Below are positions 7,348 through 16,214 of a DNA stretch of 16,299 nt, one piece after another. This DNA comes from Bradymonadia bacterium (GTDB lineage Bacteria; Myxococcota_A; Bradymonadia; UBA7976; UBA1532). Each line of letters starts with the position of its first letter. Position 1 is the first letter of the stretch. The translations under genes were made by a program, and so were the position numbers. Below the pieces are notes generated by a model. It searched no databases. It was not told the origin of the DNA and worked only from the letters and a program-made list of their open reading frames with translations. The stretch spans positions 1-16,299 of the forward strand of contig JBKAGE010000020.1 of assembly GCA_046290225.1 (NCBI GenBank), given 5' to 3'.

Positions 7348-8331
7348 TCAGACCTCCAGCTTCTCAAGGTCATGCGCCGTGAGACCCATCTCGGCCCCCA
7401 GCTGCTTGACCAAATCGATGTTTCGCAAATTGTCGGCAAGCGTCTGAAGCAAGAACAGACGCGCCTTGGTGTGCATGGCTTCGAGGCGACCGTCATCGAC
7501 ACCGAAAGCTTCGGCGAACTCGGTGATGCGGACGCGCTCTTCGACGGAAAACTCTCCGTCGGCGTAGATGAGGAGAAAACACGAGATGAAGAACGCTTCT
7601 TCCACCTGAGCACCTTTCAGTGCGCTGGCGGCCTCGGCGAGGTCAAAGCCCTTCTGTCGCAGGGCCTCGAGCTGCTCTGAGGTGTCGGCGTCTTCGAGCC
7701 CGCAGAAATCGGCGATGAGAGCCACCTCCGCGGGGTGCTCGCCGTCAGCGCCGGCGAGGGTGAGCAGACCACGACCGATGAGGCGGGTCTGGGCGTCGGT
7801 GAGCTGCAGGCTCTCGTAGAACTCTTCGGCAGTCTCGAGCACGGCGGCGTCGGCGAGGGCCTCGACGTCGATGGTGCCGAGGCCCATCTCACCGGCGATC
7901 TCCAAAACGGCATCGCGGTTGCGCACGCCCTCGGCGATCTCCTTGAGCAGGAACAGCCGGGCGCGACGATGCAGACCGTCGAGGGTGGGCTGGTCGAGAT
8001 CGAAGAGCTGCGCGAAGGCGGCCACCTTGGCCCGCTCTTCGTCGGAGTGGTTGCCGTCTGCGTACACCAGCATGTAGCAGGTGATGAAGAAGGCCTCGAC
8101 GAGATGCTCACCGCCGGCTTTCACGGCCTCGGCGGCGGCGCCGTCGAAGCCTTCAGCCCGCATGGCCGCCAGTACATCTTCAGGGCTGCTGCTGCTCCCA
8201 CTGTAGAAGTCGGCGACAAGAGCCAGCTCTGACTCGTGCACCCCATCGACAGCGGCGAGATCGAGCAAACCCCGGCAGATCCACTCGGTCTGGGCATCAG
8301 TGAGCTGGATGCCCTCGTAGAGTTCCTGCAT
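7348..8331 (-). CDS. Tandem TerB-like domain protein
   Basis: Two ~160-aa internal repeats (QLTDAQT..I.RGLL.LA..DG.H..E; YADG..S.EER); stop lies 2 nt before the PspA start. Confidence 0.8.
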   Translation of the reverse strand: MQELYEGIQLTDAQTEWICRGLLDLAAVDGVHESELALVADFYSGSSSSPEDVLAAMRAEGFDGAAAEAVKAGGEHLVEAFFITCYMLVYADGNHSDEERAKVAAFAQLFDLDQPTLDGLHRRARLFLLKEIAEGVRNRDAVLEIAGEMGLGTIDVEALADAAVLETAEEFYESLQLTDAQTRLIGRGLLTLAGADGEHPAEVALIADFCGLEDADTSEQLEALRQKGFDLAEAASALKGAQVEEAFFISCFLLIYADGEFSVEERVRITEFAEAFGVDDGRLEAMHTKARLFLLQTLADNLRNIDLVKQLGAEMGLTAHDLEKLEV

Positions 8332-8501
8332 GGTTCCCCTCTGCGCCAGGTTGCGTTCCAGGATTGGGCTGTGACCCTATCCGCTGATTGTCTGGTGGGC
8401 AAGCACTCTGGTCGTGGCTAGTATGGCGAGTGTGAACGAGAGACGAGCCCTGAAGAGAGGCCTCAAAGACAAGGTGGTTCGAAGGCGTGGGTAAATGCTG
8501 G

Positions 8502-9779
8502 ATGCGGTGGAGCACCCTTGGGGTGCTGATCTCGGTGGCCATGGGATGTGGTGGCGGCGCCACATCGTCGACGCCCACCCCGACGACCTTTGATCCCGAC
8601 GGCCCATTGGCGGCCCGTTACGATCAATTCGACTTCAGTGAAAACCCGAAGCTGCTCGAGCGCATTACGGCGAGGCCTTATGGGTACTATCGCTTCGTGA
8701 ACGTGGCCTTCTCGGAAGAAGTCTGTCAGCGGTTCACGGATGTGCTGCCGGTGATGCCCCGGGTCAACCTGCACGGTGACGCTCACCTCGAGCAATATGC
8801 TGTGACCTCTGCGGGCCGCGGCCTCGCCGATTTCGACGACTCGAGCACAGGCCCGGCGATGCTCGATCTCGTGCGCTTCGGCGTGGCGCTCTCCATGGCC
8901 CACGTGCAGCGCGGCTGGGGGGATCCGAAGGCGTCTCTCGATGCGCTGCTCGACGGGTACCGCGCGGCCTTGAAGAACCCGGGCATCGAGCGCAAAGAGC
9001 CAGCGTTCGTGACTCGCGCCGTGGCGCGATTCGAGACGGATCGAACCAAGTTCCTCAACTGGGCCGAGGGGCTGATGAAGCCCGTGCCTCCTGAGCAGGG
9101 CGAGCAGTTGGCTCAAGGCTTCGCCCGCTACGCCGAGAAGATCCAGAAGCGCCGTGAGCTGCCGGCGACTTTCTTCGACCTCAAGCGCTTTGGCGCCATT
9201 TCAGTGGGCTTCGGCAGCGCCCTCGATCAGAAGTACCTGTTGCGCATCGAAGGCGAGACTCAAGATCCGGCGGATGATTTGATCCTCGAGGCCAAAGAGG
9301 TGCGTGATCTCTCCGGCATCAGCTGCATCAACTCCGGACCTGGTGGTGGCGCGCTGCGCATTCTGGTGAGCAAGGCCCGCATCACCGAGCGCCCTCAGCC
9401 CTTCCTCGCCGAGATCCCCATGGAGGCCGATGCCTCACTGCACGACAAGGCCCTCTGGATTCACGCGTGGTTCGCCAACTACGAAGAGCTCGACATCATG
9501 AAGAGCCTCGAGTCAGCCACCGAGCTGCAGACGATCGCATACGACGTCGGGGCTCAGCTCGGCCGGGGCCATACGTTGCACATCGCCGCCCCCTTCGACG
9601 AGCAGCTGCGCACCAACCAACGCAAGGTGGTCGACACCTACGAGCAGCGTATTCGTCAGGCCATCGCCGAGATGACGCTGCGCACCCTGAACGGCTGGCG
9701 ACAGTTCCGGGTAGACGCCGAAGCAGATGGGATGAAGTTGCCCGAACCCCTCAAGTTCGAGCGCCCGACGACGCCCTGA
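8502..9779 (+). CDS. DUF2252-like (kinase-like fold) protein with lipoprotein signal
   Basis: HGDAHLEQY, LADFDD and ILEAKE motifs; MRWSTLGVLISVAMGC lipobox then Thr/Pro linker. Alternative GTG start at 8487. Confidence 0.72.
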   Translation: MRWSTLGVLISVAMGCGGGATSSTPTPTTFDPDGPLAARYDQFDFSENPKLLERITARPYGYYRFVNVAFSEEVCQRFTDVLPVMPRVNLHGDAHLEQYAVTSAGRGLADFDDSSTGPAMLDLVRFGVALSMAHVQRGWGDPKASLDALLDGYRAALKNPGIERKEPAFVTRAVARFETDRTKFLNWAEGLMKPVPPEQGEQLAQGFARYAEKIQKRRELPATFFDLKRFGAISVGFGSALDQKYLLRIEGETQDPADDLILEAKEVRDLSGISCINSGPGGGALRILVSKARITERPQPFLAEIPMEADASLHDKALWIHAWFANYEELDIMKSLESATELQTIAYDVGAQLGRGHTLHIAAPFDEQLRTNQRKVVDTYEQRIRQAIAEMTLRTLNGWRQFRVDAEADGMKLPEPLKFERPTTP

Positions 9780-9787
9780 ACTGCAGC

Positions 9788-11512
9788 TCAGAAAGTCAGC
9801 GTGCCATAGATCTGAAGCTGGCTGAGAAACTCGACGGTGCCGAAGGTGAGCGAGAAGTCGTTGGTGTCGAACCCGGCGGCCCTGAGCTCCCCTCGCACAT
9901 CCGACGGGAGCCCGAGAGGTGACAGCACCATCATCGTCGAGGCCCCCTGCACCCCCATCCACAATGGCCCGGTGACACGGTGTCGGTAGTCGGCGCCCAC
10001 CCCCAGCCTGATCTCTGCGAGCCAGCCGTCGTCGAGGCGTTCGTCGCTGTAGATCGTGGTCAAGTCATATGGGCCGAACCCCAAGCCCATGAGCCCTTGT
10101 AGACGAAAACGATTGTCGTCGTTGAACTCGAGGTCGAAGTCGTAGCCGAAGCCCAGGCTGCCGGCCCCAGTCTTCACCCGCACGAGCTGATCGGAGATCT
10201 GATGATAGGAGATGATCGGATCTTCGTCGGTGCCCCGATTCTCCTGCAGGTAGACGTTTCGCGGCATGGCGTAACTGGAATACCGCGCGAACATGAACAG
10301 AAAATCGAGCGGATGCCAGCGCACCTCTGCTTGGGTCATCTGCACTGAAAAATCAGCACGCTGCAGCGTCTCGCGGCTGTTGCGATCGATGAGGCGCACC
10401 TGGCCACTCTGAAAGTCGAGGGTGGTGAGCTTGAACGTGACATCTTCCAAGCCTGTGAGGGTGAGCGCGGCGTCGACGAGGATGGAGGGGTCGAGAGCGC
10501 CGAGGGTTTGATCGGTCTCGTACGCCAGCGCGAGACTGCCCCAAGGGCCTCGAACCTGGCCACCGACGTGCAACAGCTGCACTGCGTCGATGTTGTAGAT
10601 CTCCTCAGTGGTGACGTTGACCCACGTAGCATCGTCAGGCCGCGTGGACACAGGATCAAAACGCCACCAGGTCAAGGAGGTGTCGACGGTGACTTGCCAG
10701 GGTGAACTCTCTCCCAGCGGACTCTCTTCACTGATGCCCTCTTCGACCACACTCGTGGTCTCACTGGGCACCCCCGTACCACCAGGCACACCCGCCAGCT
10801 CGGTGGGTCCAGGATCAGTGAGACCCGAATCAGAGAGGCCCGAGTCGGACAGGCTGTCGACGCTGCCCATGTAGGGGTTCGGCGACTCTTCGAATCCGAA
10901 AGGCACCGAGTCACTGCTCGAAGGCTCTACATCGACCCAGGTAAAGGGCTCGTCAGATCGAGTGATGCCCTGGCTCTGCTCGCCCTCACCGACAATGGTG
11001 CGGATACGACGACGAGTGTCCCACCATCGCCTCTGAGACCGCCGCTGAGACTCTCCAGTCCACCACTTCTCGCCCCCAGCCCCTTGGCGCACCCGCTCTC
11101 TGGGGCCGTCGGCGATGGCGCGTGTTTGAGATTCTGGTTTCACTCGAACTGCGGTGCGTTGCCTGGGCTTGCGTCGGGCCCTCCGACGCTTGACGGCCAC
11201 CTCGCGCTGAGCCGGCTTCCGCTGCACTGCAGTCTTTCGAGCGACCTTGGGCTTTCGCCTGACCTTGGGCTTACGGGTGACCTTCGGCCTCGAGTTCGAG
11301 GCCTTGCGGCGTTTCACCGTACGGGCACGCACCTTGGGCGCGGAGGCCTTTCTGGCAGATGGCTTGCGAGAGGCGCTGACCTTCTTGCTGGACCGCTTTT
11401 GAGTCGTCGACTTGCGCGCGTGGGCGGTGGACACAGTGAAGAGCCCACAGATGCCGATCAACAAACCCGCCCACAAGAGGATGTGATGACAGCGGGTCCG
11501 AATCAGTGACAT
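9788..11512 (-). CDS. Probable outer-membrane beta-barrel protein with long charged low-complexity N-terminus
   Basis: Signal peptide ending ..TAHA; alternating-hydrophobicity strands; C-terminal QIYGTLTF fits the Bam signal. Confidence 0.7.
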   Translation of the reverse strand: MSLIRTRCHHILLWAGLLIGICGLFTVSTAHARKSTTQKRSSKKVSASRKPSARKASAPKVRARTVKRRKASNSRPKVTRKPKVRRKPKVARKTAVQRKPAQREVAVKRRRARRKPRQRTAVRVKPESQTRAIADGPRERVRQGAGGEKWWTGESQRRSQRRWWDTRRRIRTIVGEGEQSQGITRSDEPFTWVDVEPSSSDSVPFGFEESPNPYMGSVDSLSDSGLSDSGLTDPGPTELAGVPGGTGVPSETTSVVEEGISEESPLGESSPWQVTVDTSLTWWRFDPVSTRPDDATWVNVTTEEIYNIDAVQLLHVGGQVRGPWGSLALAYETDQTLGALDPSILVDAALTLTGLEDVTFKLTTLDFQSGQVRLIDRNSRETLQRADFSVQMTQAEVRWHPLDFLFMFARYSSYAMPRNVYLQENRGTDEDPIISYHQISDQLVRVKTGAGSLGFGYDFDLEFNDDNRFRLQGLMGLGFGPYDLTTIYSDERLDDGWLAEIRLGVGADYRHRVTGPLWMGVQGASTMMVLSPLGLPSDVRGELRAAGFDTNDFSLTFGTVEFLSQLQIYGTLTF

Positions 11513-11518
11513 ATCCAA

Positions 11519-11578
11519 CCTTCGAGTCAGGGGCCTTCGAGTCAGGGGCCTTCAAGTCAGGGCCCTTCGAGTCTGGGG
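11519..11578. repeat. 4 x 15-bp tandem repeat (ccttcgagtcagggg)
   Basis: Copies start at 11519, 11534, 11549 and 11564 with 0, 0, 2 and 1 mismatches. Confidence 0.9.
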
Positions 11579-11699
11579 GGCAGACCGACATGATAACGCG
11601 ACACAGAAGACAAGTCAGGGTGCGCCTCTCTTCTATCCTCTTGTCATCATCCGCCACGCTCTCCATCATGTCGCACCTCATCTGACAGACGAGTTCACC

Positions 11700-11933
11700 A
11701 TGCGCCTTCACCGTCGACGTACGCCCCAGTTGCTCGCCACGGCTCTGCTGCTCACCACAGCGTGCTATGGCCACACACAGAGCCATTGCCAGACCACGCG
11801 GAACGGCAAGGTGACCTACTCCGAGCGCGAGTGCAGCGCCTCGTGTCGCGAATGGGCAGGCGCCGACTGCATCTCGTACACCAAGGAAGCCTCGAAGGAC
11901 TGCGAGCGCTACCTGAAGAAAGGATCCCGCTGA
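11700..11933 (+). CDS. Small Cys-rich lipoprotein (77 aa)
   Basis: Basic N-terminus, hydrophobic core, TTAC lipobox; paralogous to the next gene. Confidence 0.75.
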   Translation: MRLHRRRTPQLLATALLLTTACYGHTQSHCQTTRNGKVTYSERECSASCREWAGADCISYTKEASKDCERYLKKGSR

Positions 11934-12196
11934 TGCGATCGATCATCGCCCTCACCGCCACCGCCCTGATCGCCCTCACTCTCGGGGGCTGCAGTGGCGC
12001 CGCAGGCACCACCTACGTCGGCGGCAAGTCGATCCGAGAGAATGGTGTAGAGACCCACCAGGAGCGCAACTGCCATGCAGCCTGCGTCGAGTGGGTCACC
12101 GAAGATGTGAGGATTCCGGGCCGGCAGCCCGAGGAGCGCAAGAAGTGCACCCGCTTCTCGGCGGAGATGGCGAAGGTCTGCGACAAATACCTGTGA
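11933..12196 (+). CDS. Small Cys-rich lipoprotein (87 aa)
   Basis: TGATG overlap with the previous gene; MRSIIALTATALIALTLGGC lipobox; shared 4-Cys motif. Confidence 0.8.
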   Translation: MRSIIALTATALIALTLGGCSGAAGTTYVGGKSIRENGVETHQERNCHAACVEWVTEDVRIPGRQPEERKKCTRFSAEMAKVCDKYL

Positions 12197-12212
12197 GCGG
12201 GCGGGCGCCTGC

Positions 12213-13883
12213 TCAGGCGAACACCACCGGCTTGCCTTCGCCGTACCAGCCATCGAGCTTCGGGCCGTAGACATCTTCCAGCTTGTTGCGCTTCATCTTC
12301 TGTGTCGGGGTCAGGAAGCCCGTCTCTGGCGTCCAACGATCCGACACCACCACCATGAAGCCCAGACGCTCGTGCTTGGCCACCTCGCTGTTCACCGACT
12401 GAAGCTGTGCCGTCAGTGATTGCTCCAGCTCGGCGCGGAAGCTCGCATCGTTGAGCTTGGGGTGCAGCTCTTCGGCCACCTGGATCAGGGCGAAGGCCGA
12501 GGGGCGGCCGCTGCCCATCACGCAGGACATCTCCACGTGGGCGTTGGTGTTGATCTTGTTCTCGATGGGGGCCGGGGCCACGTACTTGCCCTTGGAGGTC
12601 TTGAAGAGCTCCTTCACACGGCCCGTGATGCGCAGACGACCAGCGCTGTCGATCTCGCCACGATCACCTGTCTTGAGGAAGCCGTCTTCGGTGAAGCTTT
12701 CTGCCGTGGCCTCCGGGTTCTTGTAGTACCCCTTCATGTTGCCGGGGCTCTTCACCAGGATCTCGCCCTCTTCGCTGATGCGACACTCGACCCCGGGGTA
12801 GCAGTTGCCCACGTAACCCACCTTCCCTCGCCCAGGCAGAGAGGCATGGGAGAAGCAGAAGTTCTCGCTCATGCCGTAGCCCTCGAGCAGCTCCAGGCCC
12901 AGATCGCGGTACCACTGAATCAGATCAGGCGGGATCGGTGCCGAGCCGCTGGCGGCCATACGCACGCTGTCGAGGCCCAGGTTGGTGAGCACCTTCTTGC
13001 GCACGACGCCGGACAAGATCGGGATCTTGAGGAAGCGCTTGAGCTTCTTCGGGGGCATCTTCTTGAACACGCCCAGCTGGAACTTCAGCCAGAGACGGGG
13101 CACCGAGACGAAGACCGTCGGACGCGCCCGGCGCAGATCGGCTACGAAGGTGTCGAGTGACTCTGCAAAGAAAATGTGGAAGCCCAGGACCAGCCCCACA
13201 GTCTCCACCAGCCAGCGCTCCATCACGTGGGCCAGAGGCAGGTATGAAAGCATCCGCTCGTTCGGCTTCAGCTCGAGGGCATTGATCAAACCACGGGCAG
13301 AGATCGAGATGCCACCGAAGTCGTGCATCACCCCTTTGGGCCGACCAGTGCTGCCAGAGGTGTAGACGATCAGCGCCAGATCTTCGGCTTCCCGAGTCGG
13401 CGGATCTGGCAGGGGCTCATGGGCCTTGATGAGATCGTTCCAGGTGGGGAAGTCGTTCTTCGGACTCAGCGGGTAGCTGATGCGGGGCAGATCATCGGGC
13501 ACGCCAGGGGCCATCTCGGCCCAGTTGTCGAGCTTGCCGACGAAGACCGCCTTGGCCTCACTGTGCTCCAGGATGTACTCCACCTCTTCAGCGGGGAGGA
13601 TGGGGTACAACGCCACCGAGGTGTAGCCCGCCATCCAGATGGCGAGATCGCTCATGATGAAGTGAGCACAGTTCTTCGAGATGATCGCGATCTTGCTGCC
13701 TTCGGGCAGGCCGAGGCTCTTGAGATAACTGGCCATGCGCCGCGACTCGTCGAACACGCGTGCAAAGCTGAAATTGTCGACGACCCCACCCCCCATCGGC
13801 TGGCTCATGAAGGTCTGGTCGGCGCGCTGCTCGACCAGACGGTAGAAGGATGGGAGAAGCAGATCTTTCTGCGGGCACGTCAT
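12213..13883 (-). CDS. AMP-binding long-chain fatty acid-CoA ligase family protein
   Basis: YTSGSTGRPKG, LPLAH, GYGMSE, TGDRG, GRVKELFKTSKGKYVAP and TPTQKMKR motifs; GGAGG RBS before the ATG at 13883. Confidence 0.92.
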   Translation of the reverse strand: MTCPQKDLLLPSFYRLVEQRADQTFMSQPMGGGVVDNFSFARVFDESRRMASYLKSLGLPEGSKIAIISKNCAHFIMSDLAIWMAGYTSVALYPILPAEEVEYILEHSEAKAVFVGKLDNWAEMAPGVPDDLPRISYPLSPKNDFPTWNDLIKAHEPLPDPPTREAEDLALIVYTSGSTGRPKGVMHDFGGISISARGLINALELKPNERMLSYLPLAHVMERWLVETVGLVLGFHIFFAESLDTFVADLRRARPTVFVSVPRLWLKFQLGVFKKMPPKKLKRFLKIPILSGVVRKKVLTNLGLDSVRMAASGSAPIPPDLIQWYRDLGLELLEGYGMSENFCFSHASLPGRGKVGYVGNCYPGVECRISEEGEILVKSPGNMKGYYKNPEATAESFTEDGFLKTGDRGEIDSAGRLRITGRVKELFKTSKGKYVAPAPIENKINTNAHVEMSCVMGSGRPSAFALIQVAEELHPKLNDASFRAELEQSLTAQLQSVNSEVAKHERLGFMVVVSDRWTPETGFLTPTQKMKRNKLEDVYGPKLDGWYGEGKPVVFA

Positions 13884-14234
13884 CGTGGGACCTCCGGCGC
13901 TGTCTTGTGCCTCGACAGGTTCCACCTCCTGGTGAGCCGGTGTCAATTGCGCAATGCAATTCGTCGACAGGGTTTACCCTGTACATACTCTACGCTTTCT
14001 CATCTGAAAGTCTGTTACAGATGCAACCGGAATAGAAGTACGGCCATCAACAGTCGCATGATCAAGAGATGCATAAAACGGTCCCCAACACCTCGTGATG
14101 ATTCGGTAACACTCATTTTGGACTGGATAGCAGTGGGAATCTTTTGATGTCTCACCAAGATGTTTGATCTGTGACAGCGAGCACGGTAAACCTGAACAAA
14201 CCATATTCAAAAATACGAATCAGACACTTCTACA

Positions 14235-15164
14235 ATGAGCGATGTTCATCTAACAGACCTGGATCTCAACCTCTTAGTGGTCTTGGAGATCCTTTTACAA
14301 GAGCGCAACGTCACCCGAACGGCGCACCGGCTGGGGCGTACTCAGTCAGCGGTCAGCCACGCGCTCAACCGTCTGCGTCGCCAGTTGGACGACCCCCTCT
14401 TGATGCGCGTCAAGGGCGAGATGTGCCCTTCACCATGGGCAGAGTCGATCTCACCTGATCTGGAACGTTTGCTCTCTGCACTACGTAGGATGCTGTCCGA
14501 GCGGAACCCCGACGGCGCGAGTCGAACATTCACCGTTGCCTGTACTGGCCTGTTGAGCTGCTTCTTTTCGCCTCTCACTTCGGCGCTCTCGACGCGCCTC
14601 CCCAACGCACACCTCGAGTGGGTGATCCCCAAACCCAGCATCATCCCCGATCTGACGGGTGGTGATGTCGATGTGTTGTTGTCCGTGAGCCCCCTCGCCG
14701 AGCAGGGCACGCTCAAAGAAACCCGTCTGCCCTCACTCGACTGGTCGGTGCTCCTTCGCAAGGATCACCCGGCTCTGTCTGCCTGGGAGGCTTCTGACTT
14801 CTTCGAATGGCCGCACGTGAAGGTGCTGCCCTTCAGCCAGCAGGCGGCTCACCTCGAGCGGATCAAGGCTTCGAAGCGCCAGAAAATCATCTTCGGTGGC
14901 TCCCTGCCCGGGTTCACCGAGGCGGCGATGATGGTGTCTCAGACCGACATGTTGTGTCTGGTGCCCCACAAGTGGATCGAGCCCATGATGGACTCCTTCG
15001 GCCTCGCCACAGCCCCACCCCCACTCAAGCTCCCCGAGCTGCCGCTCTACATGTACTGGAACGCGGCGCTGGATCGCACCGAGGTGGGCTCGATCTTCCG
15101 AGAGATGACCTACACAGTGCTCACGGAACACCTCAGCCCCGAGCCGCTCACCCTGCCCGCCTGA
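14235..15164 (+). CDS. LysR-family transcriptional regulator (NodD/LeuO-like subgroup)
   Basis: DLNLLVVL...NVTRTAHRLGRTQSAVSHALNRLR HTH plus a substrate-binding domain; divergent from the acyl-CoA ligase. Confidence 0.93.
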   Translation: MSDVHLTDLDLNLLVVLEILLQERNVTRTAHRLGRTQSAVSHALNRLRRQLDDPLLMRVKGEMCPSPWAESISPDLERLLSALRRMLSERNPDGASRTFTVACTGLLSCFFSPLTSALSTRLPNAHLEWVIPKPSIIPDLTGGDVDVLLSVSPLAEQGTLKETRLPSLDWSVLLRKDHPALSAWEASDFFEWPHVKVLPFSQQAAHLERIKASKRQKIIFGGSLPGFTEAAMMVSQTDMLCLVPHKWIEPMMDSFGLATAPPPLKLPELPLYMYWNAALDRTEVGSIFREMTYTVLTEHLSPEPLTLPA

Positions 15165-15263
15165 TCCACCCTTTTGTGAAAGGCCCTTCCCTTTCGAATC
15201 GGGTTTGATCTAGATTGCTGCGCCTTTGAACTTTGACGATTTATCCAAACAGGGAGCTTTCTC

Positions 15264-15431
15264 ATGGCCAAGCCGAAGCGCGAGAAGATCAAGCTGGAGA
15301 GCACCGCCGGCACCGGTTACTTCTACACGACCACCAAGAACAAGCGCACCGCCACTGGCAAGCTTGAGGTGAAGAAGTACGATCCCAAGATCCGCAAGCA
15401 CGTCATCTTCAAAGAGACGAAGCTCAAGTAA
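15264..15431 (+). CDS. rpmG: 50S ribosomal protein L33 (55 aa, no Cys); absent from the supplied ORF track
   Basis: [64 protein letters not shown] at 15251-15256. Confidence 0.97.
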   Translation: MAKPKREKIKLESTAGTGYFYTTTKNKRTATGKLEVKKYDPKIRKHVIFKETKLK

Positions 15432-15433
15432 CT

Positions 15434-15469
15434 CCGGCGCTGCGGCGGCGCCAGCCGCCGTGACGCCGG
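15434..15469 (+). other. GC-rich hairpin directly after the rpmG stop (no U tract)
   Basis: ccggcg-ct-gcggcggc-gcca-gccgccgt-ga-cgccgg. Confidence 0.55.
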
Positions 15470-15572
15470 CGATCTCCCGCCCAGCTACGACCTTTCCGTC
15501 CTCGGCGCAGCGCTGGCAAAAGCCTTCGCTGCGCCTGCGGGTGAAAGCCCGCATCTGAACGAGGCCTCACCG

Positions 15573-15644
15573 ACCTCACGACGACTGTCGCCACCTCCGC
15601 GCCTCCGCGGGGCTCGTGCATTCCTGGGTTATGGCTTTGTAGGG
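15573..15644 (+). repeat. Dispersed repeat copy, inverted relative to 16094..16165
   Basis: 56/72 ungapped identity to the reverse complement of 16094..16165. Confidence 0.85.
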
Positions 15645-16093
15645 GTCTTTGGAGCTTCTGACTGCCACATTCTCCGCGCCTCCATGGGACACGTGCATAT
15701 GTGGGTGATGGCCTTGTGGAGGGCGTCGTGGTGGTCTGCGATGGAATGACTCTGGTGTTTTGATGGCTTGTTGAATGGGTCAACACGCTCTGCCATGGCT
15801 GGGTTGACGACCCATTTTGATGCCATGTTTTCTATACAATGTGAGTTTTCTATATCGCGCGAACGATGAAAGAGAGCACGGCTTACGGTGCGCGCTTCCA
15901 TGCTGCCATCAGCACCATAACTCGGACATTTTGAGGCTGTTTGAACCAGCACACACATGAAAACAGGTGACCTGCAGCGGGGAGCCGCAGAGGCGATCTG
16001 CTCGTCGCGAACCCAATGAGACTTCGCGCATGTGACCCACATAACCTTGGGGCATAGCCAGGGGCAGACATCACCTCGGCCCCAACACGGCCG

Positions 16094-16165
16094 CCCTACA
16101 AAGCCAGAGAAGTGTCGTGCACGTGAGCCGCGGAGCCGTGGAGGTGGTGGCAGTCGTCGTGAGGT
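16094..16165 (-). repeat. Dispersed repeat copy, inverted relative to 15573..15644
   Basis: Shares blocks acctcacgacgactg, ccacctcc, ctccgcgg and tggctttgtaggg. Confidence 0.85.
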
Positions 16166-16214
16166 TCACGAGTTTGCGTGCGGGCGTCGTGAAAATTCGG
16201 GAGTCGTAGCCGGA

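Noticed and set aside
11140..11420. Functional link between the Arg/Lys/Val-rich barrel N-terminus and the tRNA array
   Set aside because: The composition is similar, but it is 10 kb away with unrelated genes between; likely coincidence.
5049..13365. Long antisense ORFs (e.g. 5049..5945, 5985..6821, 12420..13160)
   Set aside because: Shadow ORFs typical of high-GC coding DNA, opposite well-supported genes.
14205..14220. ATTC-N8-GAAT as a LysR binding box
   Set aside because: The position is plausible and it contains T-N11-A, but it is too short and degenerate in an AT-rich spacer to call.
15521..15567. Group II intron domain V-like hairpin (tgcgggt-gaaa-gcccgca)
   Set aside because: It lacks the AGC triad/bulge geometry of domain V, a domain VI and any reverse transcriptase ORF.
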